6,574 nucleotides of DNA from IMG/VR virus record IMGVR_UViG_2778261184_000015, positions 1-6,574 of that record, one strand, 5' to 3'. This stretch comes from a virus (lineage: Duplodnaviria > Heunggongvirae > Uroviricota > Caudoviricetes). This document shows positions 1 through 5,090 of the stretch, piece by piece. Made by a program: the position numbers and the translations under genes. The notes beneath the pieces were generated by a model that was given only the letters and a program-made list of their open reading frames with translations, searched no databases and had not been told where the DNA came from. Numbering within the stretch: the stretch's first letter is position 1; each line of letters begins with the position of its first letter.

Positions 1-201
1 TTACCCATTGGCGCGGCTTAAGAGCTTATTTTTGAATTCACAATGGTCACGATATAACCATCTTGCTCGTCCGTGGATAACTTTGGCTTTTGGCAGGTCT
101 CCGGACTTAATCCGGTCGTAGATGAAGGTTTTACCAAAGCCAGTATCAGCCATGATGAATTTCAAATCAACCAGTGAATCAGGTTGTAGTTCGTGTTGCA
201 T
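1..201 (-). CDS. Excisionase / AlpA-family helix-turn-helix DNA-binding protein (66 aa)
   Basis: Minus-strand ORF with ATG at 199-201 and GGAG about 10 nt upstream. The pattern L..L..I...TG.....IY..I..G.LP..K...GR.RW fits the phage AlpA/Xis winged-HTH family as I recall it. It sits at the distal (left) end of the leftward operon, where xis sits in lambda. The integrase would lie beyond the window start. Confidence 0.75.
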   Translation of the reverse strand: MQHELQPDSLVDLKFIMADTGFGKTFIYDRIKSGDLPKAKVIHGRARWLYRDHCEFKNKLLSRANG

Positions 202-243
202 GAGTGCTATCTCCGAATAGGGAATCGAACCTGCAAATCAGGC

Positions 244-267
244 AATAAAAAACCGCCATCAGGCGGC
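244..267 (-). terminator. Candidate intrinsic terminator (minus-strand orientation)
   Basis: On the minus-strand RNA: GCCGCC-UGAU-GGCGGU stem-loop (5 G:C pairs plus one G:U) followed by UUUUUAUU. The stop codon of the upstream small ORF (259-261) lies in the loop. On the plus strand the hairpin is not followed by a clean T-tract. Confidence 0.5.
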
Positions 268-441
268 TTGGTGTTCTTTCAGTTCTTCAATTCGAATATT
301 GGTTACGTCTGCATGTGCTATCTGCGCCCATATCATCCAGTGGTCGTAGCAGTCGTTGATGTTCTCTGCTTCGATAACTCTGTTAAATGGCTCTCCATTC
401 CATTCACCTGTAACTCGGAAGTGCATTAGTGATTTCTCCAA
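259..441 (-). CDS. Hypothetical small phage protein (55-60 aa)
   Basis: Minus-strand ORF from the track. The codon at 439-441 is TTG; the first ATG is at 424-426 with GGAG about 9 nt upstream, so the likely product is about 55 aa. No recognisable family. The 3' end overlaps the terminator hairpin. Confidence 0.45.
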   Translation of the reverse strand: MEKSLMHFRVTGEWNGEPFNRVIEAENINDCYDHWMIWAQIAHADVTNIRIEELKEHQAA

Positions 442-461
442 AAGATGCTTGAGTGCGCTTC

Positions 462-773
462 TTATTCGATTCGCACACCTGGTATTTCGCCTTTTGATAT
501 TGCTAAGTCATAAATTTGCGCAGCACTATACCCATCTCGCATCCATGAATCTAATGCGCGAATAGCCTCGTTACGCTTTTTATCTTCTCTCTCATTTTTG
601 ATATCAACGAGGACATCAACGCAATTAAGGCAAATGTGGATTTTGTCCTTACATTCGATCATGGCTGCTTTACCATGATTTACTCCACACAGTGAGCATA
701 AATCTTCAGGGTCTAGCTGGTATTTCTGTAACGTTAGAGGGTTGAATGTTGAACAGACCATAATCATCTCCAT
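462..773 (-). CDS. Hypothetical zinc-ribbon protein (CxxC-x18-CxxC), about 99-103 aa
   Basis: Minus-strand ORF. Cys26-x2-Cys29 and Cys48-x2-Cys51 form a classic four-cysteine zinc-ribbon spacing. The start is probably the third in-frame ATG (759-761), which has GGAG 6 nt upstream; the first ATG at 771-773 has a weak SD. Confidence 0.6.
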   Translation of the reverse strand: MEMIMVCSTFNPLTLQKYQLDPEDLCSLCGVNHGKAAMIECKDKIHICLNCVDVLVDIKNEREDKKRNEAIRALDSWMRDGYSAAQIYDLAISKGEIPGVRIE

Positions 774-798
774 AAAACAAAACTCGCCGTAGCGAGTT
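771..798 (-). terminator. Candidate hairpin/attenuator directly upstream of the zinc-ribbon ORF
   Basis: Perfect 7-bp inverted repeat aactcgc/gcgagtt (781-787 and 792-798) with a 4-nt loop. On the minus-strand RNA the hairpin is followed by UUGUUUUAUG, which runs into the start codon. Weak as a terminator because the U-tract is interrupted. Confidence 0.3.
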
Positions 799-840
799 CA
801 GATAAAAGAAATCCATCAATTGGTTAGGGTTTTTGTAATT

Positions 841-1032
841 CTACGAATTATGTTGTTTTTTAGCTTCAGCTTTCCATTCATCAAAGGCAGTGTCTTTGTT
901 CATGGTGCTGATATTGATCTTACGGTCAATATCATATACACGCCACTCACCGTTAGGCCTCTCTTCGCATCTAACTAAGTATGAATTGCCATTAATATCT
1001 ATGCGTCTGTCTATTTGCATGAACATTTTCAA
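841..1032 (-). CDS. Hypothetical small phage protein (about 61-63 aa)
   Basis: Minus-strand ORF. The first codon (1030-1032) is TTG with GAGGA 8 nt upstream; the first ATG is two codons in (1024-1026). No recognisable family. Confidence 0.5.
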   Translation of the reverse strand: MKMFMQIDRRIDINGNSYLVRCEERPNGEWRVYDIDRKINISTMNKDTAFDEWKAEAKKQHNS

Positions 1033-1189
1033 TTTTCGAATCCTCTTTAATATGCATTTTTTGCTATTTCAGTAGTTTACTATTGATGAGGCGTTATTAT
1101 ACACACTTCATTAATGCAAGCATCTTTATGCTATGCTACTAATTTAGCAATTGATATTCACCTTTATCGCGTATACCTTTACCGGCTTA

Positions 1190-1426
1190 TCACCGAAGTG
1201 GGGGGTGTGTGATTGTTTTCACTTCATATCCTCCATACGGAACATCAATTCTGCGACTGGAGTCGTCGCGCTTCGGATATCCCTTTGTGATAATCAGGCG
1301 GTCATACTCCCGGAACATAATTCGCTTATTCCAATAGTCATTACACAGGCGATACTCTTCCGTTTTCTCTCCTCGAATCATGGCATCGAAGTATTCACCT
1401 TTGACGGCAAGTTGTAGGTTAGCCAC
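1190..1426 (-). CDS. ASCH / DUF3850-like small protein (78 aa)
   Basis: GTG start at 1424-1426 with a strong AGGAGG 6 nt upstream. The N-terminal pattern K-x-E-Y-F-x-A-h-x-x-G-x-K-T-x-E-x-R-x-N-D resembles the DUF3850/ASCH family consensus as I recall it. Overlaps the upstream Lar gene by 8 nt. Confidence 0.65.
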   Translation of the reverse strand: MANLQLAVKGEYFDAMIRGEKTEEYRLCNDYWNKRIMFREYDRLIITKGYPKRDDSSRRIDVPYGGYEVKTITHPPLR

Positions 1427-1721
1427 GGTTAACCTCCTGCGGAGTAGCCTTTACAAGCACTGGTGCAAATCCATCTTCATTAAGGTTATGAATATAGACT
1501 TCTGTTCTCCTGCGCTCTTCAACGTTTAATATTGTTTCTGGATCATAAACCCATACTTTCATTCGACTATTCCATGAAGAAATCGCTTCAGATCTAGTTC
1601 GTTTTTCTGGTCCTTGGGCACCACATTTGCATGACACATAGCGCATTTTCCCTCTGATACTGAATGAGTATCCGATGTTAAGCACAGTGGAACCACAGAA
1701 TGGGCAGCGATATAGATTCAT
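1419..1721 (-). CDS. Lar-family restriction alleviation protein (100 aa, zinc ribbon)
   Basis: The N-terminus CPFCG...(x)...CKCG...W fits the Lar/RalR family pattern (Rac RalR is about 64 aa). This protein carries an extra C-terminal segment of about 40 aa. Its ATG overlaps the upstream stop as ATGA. Confidence 0.7.
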   Translation of the reverse strand: MNLYRCPFCGSTVLNIGYSFSIRGKMRYVSCKCGAQGPEKRTRSEAISSWNSRMKVWVYDPETILNVEERRRTEVYIHNLNEDGFAPVLVKATPQEVNRG

Positions 1722-2359
1722 AAATCATCCACCTTAGGCGCAGCTGAGACAGCAACATTCCAGAACTCAGAAAACATATTGTATGCACCAGATAGATTGG
1801 AAGTGGCATACCCTCCAAGCTCACTTCTAATCTGAACGGCTCTCATCATTTCCGGTGTTAACTCCTTCGGCACCATAACCCAACCATCCGGAGTTACCGG
1901 AGAGTTGCCATCCAGCGCGTTCAACTTGTAAGCCTGGCTTACAAGTTCGGCTTCCAGTTCTGCTATGCGCTTCTCTGATGCTTCAAGTAACGCCTGCTTA
2001 TCGCGTAGCGCTTCTTCCAGTTCAGCAACATGGCACTCACTATCAATAAGGTTGTTCTCTGCGGCTTCCAGCTCAACACGCAGCTTCCCTACCGTTAGCG
2101 CAATATCCTCGTTCTCCTGATCGCGGCGTTTTATGTATTGCTGGTTTCTTTCCCGTTCATCCAGTAGTGCCAAAGCAATCTTTGGATTAAAGGCAGCAAT
2201 AAATTCAGCGTTGTTTTTCAGAACGTGTTGCGCAATGGCCTGACTACTTAGTCGGACCTCATAACCACGTGCGCCACGGTGTGGTTTATATGAGTCCCAG
2301 TCTCCCCACGTTGCCTTCTCTGCCGCCTCACGCAGTGCCTGATAGTCAATCTTGCTCAC
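1718..2359 (-). CDS. Ead/Ea22-like family protein (213 aa)
   Basis: GTG start overlapping the upstream stop (GTGA). The N-terminal motif QALREAAEKATWGDW and the central coiled coil (AELEEAL...AELEAEL) are typical of enterobacterial prophage Ead/Ea22-like proteins. Its position matches lambda ea22. Confidence 0.8.
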   Translation of the reverse strand: MSKIDYQALREAAEKATWGDWDSYKPHRGARGYEVRLSSQAIAQHVLKNNAEFIAAFNPKIALALLDERERNQQYIKRRDQENEDIALTVGKLRVELEAAENNLIDSECHVAELEEALRDKQALLEASEKRIAELEAELVSQAYKLNALDGNSPVTPDGWVMVPKELTPEMMRAVQIRSELGGYATSNLSGAYNMFSEFWNVAVSAAPKVDDL

Positions 2360-2856
2360 TGGTTGCCTCCTTTGCGAAGCTGGTCGGCGAACAAACGTAC
2401 ACTAGACGCTTCACTGCGTAGAAACTTAACGGCATAATCAAAACCACCTCGTTCTGCGTCGTCTGCTCCGTTGTCGAGGTTATCTGCGTACATCTCTACC
2501 CCCTGCGCCCGTACTTCAGCCAGGAAAGCATCGGTGGCTGGGGTTTCCGTGAAGTTGTCCTCCCAACCGTAGTACTCCTGACGACAGAAGTTATTAAATT
2601 CCTTCTCCGACTGTTTAAGCGCCGCATTCTCCGCCGCCAGCGCCGCGCACTTGGCTTCAAGGTTATCAATCGTGATTCCGGAAGAACGACACTCACGAAA
2701 CGCCGTTTCCAGTTTTGATTCAAGTTCACCGAACTTACGCACCAGATATTCAGCGTTTGTTTCGTTAACCTTTAAATCACTTGGGATGCATTTACCTTTC
2801 AGAAAACCATCCATCTCAATTAGTGTCATTTGTTTCATTTCTTCCCACTCCGCCAC
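2356..2856 (-). CDS. Ea22-like family protein, second paralog (160-166 aa)
   Basis: The ORF opens with GTG at 2854-2856, but the ATG at 2836-2838 (Met7) has GGAG/GGGAAG upstream and forms an ATGA overlap with the stop of the upstream small ORF, so 2838 is the more likely start. Coiled-coil middle ([12 protein letters not shown]) and conserved-looking C-terminus ([21 protein letters not shown]). Confidence 0.75.
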   Translation of the reverse strand: MAEWEEMKQMTLIEMDGFLKGKCIPSDLKVNETNAEYLVRKFGELESKLETAFRECRSSGITIDNLEAKCAALAAENAALKQSEKEFNNFCRQEYYGWEDNFTETPATDAFLAEVRAQGVEMYADNLDNGADDAERGGFDYAVKFLRSEASSVRLFADQLRKGGNQ

Positions 2857-3017
2857 ATCGCATTCAGATATTTGTTTTGATTCACTGATGGAAAAGAATT
2901 TCTCTTAAGCAATTCATCTCTCGATGGCATTGGCTTTACGCGTTGGCGAATAATCATTTCTGCCGGAAGAATGCCGGGATTGTATGCAAGTCCTCTCATG
3001 GTAAATTCCTCAGTCAT
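2835..3017 (-). CDS. Hypothetical small protein (60 aa); frame shared with track ORF 2835..3152
   Basis: ATG at 3015-3017 gives [60 protein letters not shown]. Its stop forms an ATGA overlap with the Ea22-like ATG at 2838. No clear SD. The longer track version would overlap the 98-aa ORF for about 140 nt and is less plausible. Confidence 0.4.
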   Translation of the reverse strand: MTEEFTMRGLAYNPGILPAEMIIRQRVKPMPSRDELLKRNSFPSVNQNKYLNAMWRSGKK

Positions 3018-3306
3018 TACTGATAGCGCCATAGCGTGAGCGGTAATTACGCAGGCGCGGGTCGATATATTCAGGGAAGTGGGTATATGTGGCTTTGCGG
3101 AATGGTCGGATTGATGTCTGGTAAATTCGCTCGCGTTCTTCTTTCTCTGCAAGCCATATACAATGGCGAAATTCCTTTTCCTCTTTCGTTTCCTGCGGTA
3201 GCGACATTATCCGATCGTAGTTTTTTCTGAATTTATCCAGCACCTCCGATACGGAATTGCCGGAACAGCGGCGCGGGTCATCTGCACCATACTGAGGCGC
3301 TGGCAT
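3010..3306 (-). CDS. Hypothetical phage protein (98 aa)
   Basis: ATG at 3304-3306 with AGGAG 6 nt upstream, 13 nt after the SSB stop. Charged, protein-like composition. No family recognised. Confidence 0.65.
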   Translation of the reverse strand: MPAPQYGADDPRRCSGNSVSEVLDKFRKNYDRIMSLPQETKEEKEFRHCIWLAEKEERERIYQTSIRPFRKATYTHFPEYIDPRLRNYRSRYGAISND

Positions 3307-3319
3307 GATTTTCTCCTGA

Positions 3320-3835
3320 TTAAATTGCGTGAATAGCGTGACGAGGGAAGGGGAGAGTTACTGGTGCAAAGGGGATATCGTCGTCAAAATCCATAGGTGG
3401 TTCGCTGTGATTTCCCTGCTGCTGAGGTTGCTGTCTTTGTTGCTGACCATTATTTCGCTGAGGTGAAGACTGTTCATTGCCTCCTTGCTTGCCACCAAGC
3501 ATTTGCATGGTTCCACCAACGCCCACGATGACTTCGGTAGTGAACCGATCCTGTCCGCTTTGATCCTGCCATTTTCTTGTCCGCAATTTTCCTTCAAGAT
3601 AAACCTCAGAGCCTTTTCGCAGATATTCGCTGGCAATTTCTGCCAGTTTCCCGCTCATTACCACGCGGTGCCACTCCGTCTGCTCCTTTTGCTCTCCAGT
3701 TTGCTTATCACGCCATTGTTCTGACGTAGCAACTGTAAGGTTTGCAAATGCCGTTCCTGATGGTGAATATCTGATTTCTGGATCATGCCCAAGGCGACCA
3801 ATAATGATCACCTTATTTACGCCTCTGCTTGCCAT
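3320..3835 (-). CDS. ssb: Single-stranded DNA-binding protein (SSB) with 15-aa C-terminal extension
   Basis: The N-terminal OB-fold region is near-identical to E. coli SSB as recalled ([10 protein letters not shown]..., [34 protein letters not shown]). It has a short Gly/Gln-rich linker and the acidic tip MDFDDDIPF. Here the reading frame continues past IPF for 15 codons ([15 protein letters not shown]) before TAA at 3320-3322. The ATG immediately follows the annealase stop (TAAATG). Confidence 0.95.
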   Translation of the reverse strand: MASRGVNKVIIIGRLGHDPEIRYSPSGTAFANLTVATSEQWRDKQTGEQKEQTEWHRVVMSGKLAEIASEYLRKGSEVYLEGKLRTRKWQDQSGQDRFTTEVIVGVGGTMQMLGGKQGGNEQSSPQRNNGQQQRQQPQQQGNHSEPPMDFDDDIPFAPVTLPFPRHAIHAI

Positions 3836-4543
3836 TTATGCCGCCTGTTTTAGCTCGTTAACTCTGATGTTCATTACCTGAACGCATTTAGCCTGCGCCT
3901 CCTCGTTTCCAGCCATTAATTGCCAGTCATGCTGATAACGCTCGATGAGTTTTTTCTTGTCAGTTTCTGTCGCTGCATAATCGCTGAAGTCTTTCAGGAT
4001 TTGTTCGCAGTCAACCGATGGAGATTTCTGGTTGGTATTTTCTGGTGATGGTTTGTTATCTGATGCTGGGATTGCCCAGCCTGGCAGCGATGGAGGGAGC
4101 CAGTAAAATCCTGTTCCATCCTTGAGTTTTGCCCTGTGCCATCCCTGCTTTTTGTCGAGAGATGTTTGTGCGAAACCTTCCTCAAGGTTATACAGATACC
4201 GACCTATTCCCCATTGAACGGCAGCACGCTTCATTGCACCGGAACGACCACCTTTTACTGCTTCTACCTGCGTGTTTTCAGCGGCATCCCATTTGGTTAC
4301 CCATTCGGAATCAATCTTGATTGATATGCCGCATTCAACTCCGCCGTTGTTGGGAATATCGCGGTATTCATTGCGCCATCCTGCTTTGCCGCAAACATCG
4401 TCCAGGCGTTTCATGATTGCCCGGTTCGTGACATAAGCCAGCACCATAGCCCACACTTTGCCATCGCGTGTTTTACCGCTTTGCTGTATTCGCCATTCGA
4501 TATCTTCAGGGCTGAATGGCTCATCGAATTTGTTCAAATCCAT
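3836..4543 (-). CDS. Rad52-family single-strand annealing protein (Sak-like recombinase, 235 aa)
   Basis: The N-terminal pattern F.PE.IEWR.Q..G......WA..LAY...R.....LD.V.G..GW...Y fits the Rad52/Rad22 N-terminal fold pattern as I recall it from human Rad52 and phage Sak. GAGGTG lies 7 nt upstream of the ATG at 4541-4543. It occupies the position of bet/recT. Confidence 0.85.
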   Translation of the reverse strand: MDLNKFDEPFSPEDIEWRIQQSGKTRDGKVWAMVLAYVTNRAIMKRLDDVCGKAGWRNEYRDIPNNGGVECGISIKIDSEWVTKWDAAENTQVEAVKGGRSGAMKRAAVQWGIGRYLYNLEEGFAQTSLDKKQGWHRAKLKDGTGFYWLPPSLPGWAIPASDNKPSPENTNQKSPSVDCEQILKDFSDYAATETDKKKLIERYQHDWQLMAGNEEAQAKCVQVMNIRVNELKQAA

Positions 4544-4551
4544 AATTCACC

Positions 4552-4722
4552 TCAGAATGGACACGGCCCAAGGAAATAACGCTGATTTAATACTTCGACT
4601 CGGGACAAATTAAGGCATACCCGCATTCCTTCGCGGTCACCATTATGGCGAAACCAGAGAGCTTTCTGCGTGTACATGCGCCTCTGTAACTTGCTCTCCT
4701 TCACTGTGGTTGCAAGTGACAT
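4552..4722 (-). CDS. Small ORF (56 aa), not in the supplied track
   Basis: Hand-translated: MSLATTVKESKLQRRMYTQKALWFRHNGDREGMRVCLNLSRVEVLNQRYFLGPCPF. ATG at 4720-4722 with a strong AAGGAG 6 nt upstream. The stop is 8 nt before the annealase ATG. Overlaps the 52-aa ORF in another frame. Confidence 0.45.
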   Translation of the reverse strand: MSLATTVKESKLQRRMYTQKALWFRHNGDREGMRVCLNLSRVEVLNQRYFLGPCPF

Positions 4723-4801
4723 GAATATCTCCTTCGTTACCGATTAAATCTTTCATCTGACGAATGAATTCTTCGTCTGACCAGTTATCTGTAAAACTCA
4801 T
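4643..4801 (-). CDS. Small acidic ORF (52 aa), not in the supplied track
   Basis: Hand-translated: MSFTDNWSDEEFIRQMKDLIGNEGDIHVTCNHSEGEQVTEAHVHAESSLVSP. Its ATG (4799-4801) overlaps the stop of the Kil-like ORF as ATGA with AGGA upstream (translational coupling). Overlaps the 56-aa ORF by 80 nt in a different frame. Confidence 0.35.
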   Translation of the reverse strand: MSFTDNWSDEEFIRQMKDLIGNEGDIHVTCNHSEGEQVTEAHVHAESSLVSP

Positions 4802-4950
4802 TTCCTGCGATACCACGGAAGGTTGATAGCTGATTTCATCGCTTTATTTGCTTCAAGCCACATTTTGGAATCACCAATAAATCTGGCTATTACTGCTTTG
4901 TTCTGTGCAGCACGAAGCATCTGGTGATTGATGGCTATTTCATTGCGCAT
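4798..4950 (-). CDS. Kil-like small protein (50 aa), candidate host cell-division inhibitor
   Basis: Hand-translated: MRNEIAINHQMLRAAQNKAVIARFIGDSKMWLEANKAMKSAINLPWYRRK. GAGG lies 7 nt upstream. It overlaps the 3' end of cIII by 16 nt, as kil does in lambda. The motif IA.FIGD.KM..EA resembles my recollection of lambda Kil. This is unverified. Confidence 0.5.
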   Translation of the reverse strand: MRNEIAINHQMLRAAQNKAVIARFIGDSKMWLEANKAMKSAINLPWYRRK

Positions 4951-5066
4951 AATAAGACCTCAACTCTTTTCCATCCGTCACGTAATTTACGGGTGATTCG
5001 TTCAAGTAAAGATTCATTTAATTGGAAGGCACCCATGCGAGCGCCTCCCGCGATTGCGTAAATCAT
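4935..5066 (-). CDS. cIII: CIII-like protein (43 aa), FtsH inhibitor / CII stabiliser
   Basis: Hand-translated: MIYAIAGGARMGAFQLNESLLERITRKLRDGWKRVEVLLCAMK. From memory, lambda CIII begins MQYAIAGWPVAGCPSESLLERITRKLRDGWKR, so the N-terminus and the ESLLERITRKLRDGWKR core match. The C-terminus is shorter and different. AAGGA lies 8 nt upstream of the ATG at 5064-5066. Confidence 0.8.
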   Translation of the reverse strand: MIYAIAGGARMGAFQLNESLLERITRKLRDGWKRVEVLLCAMK

Positions 5067-5090
5067 GGGTGGTTCCTTATGTTGGTTTTA

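Noticed and set aside
17-25. boxA-like GCTCTTAAG on the minus strand, resembling the lambda nutL boxA core
   Set aside because: It lies inside the xis coding sequence at the far distal end of the operon, with no adjacent boxB-type hairpin; most likely coincidental.
211-240. tRNA T-arm-like motif (GGTTCGATTCC on the minus strand) between the terminator and xis, which could suggest a tRNA 3'-end remnant or att core
   Set aside because: The flanking bases cannot form a T-stem (only 2 of 5 pairs), there is no acceptor stem or CCA context, and the position is inside the operon, not at the prophage boundary beyond int.
193-565. Plus-strand track ORFs 193..429 and 356..565
   Set aside because: They are antisense to well-supported minus-strand genes, lack SD sequences and have Cys/Phe-rich junk-like composition.
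890-1417. Plus-strand track ORFs 890..1075 and 1151..1417
   Set aside because: Antisense shadows of the 63-aa ORF and the ASCH-like gene; hydrophobic low-complexity translations and no RBS.
2496-2908. Track ORFs 2496..2729 (minus, Arg-rich) and 2651..2908 (plus)
   Set aside because: Both lie inside the Ea22-like gene in alternative frames. The Arg/Ser-rich composition is typical of an out-of-frame reading of a GC-rich coding region.
2835-3152. 105-aa track ORF extending to 3152
   Set aside because: The first 45 codons overlap the 98-aa ORF out of frame and read as low-complexity sequence; the shorter 60-aa version from ATG 3017 is the more plausible gene, if any.
3036-3230. Plus-strand track ORF 3036..3230
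   Set aside because: Antisense to the 98-aa ORF, no SD, Gly-rich junk-like translation.
3358-3724. Track ORFs 3358..3636 (minus, alternative frame) and 3485..3724 (plus) inside ssb
   Set aside because: ssb is unambiguous in its own frame; these are overlapping-frame artefacts.
3994-4324. Track ORFs 3994..4185 (minus), 4129..4320 and 4136..4324 (plus) inside the annealase gene
   Set aside because: Alternative-frame and antisense artefacts within a confidently assigned CDS.
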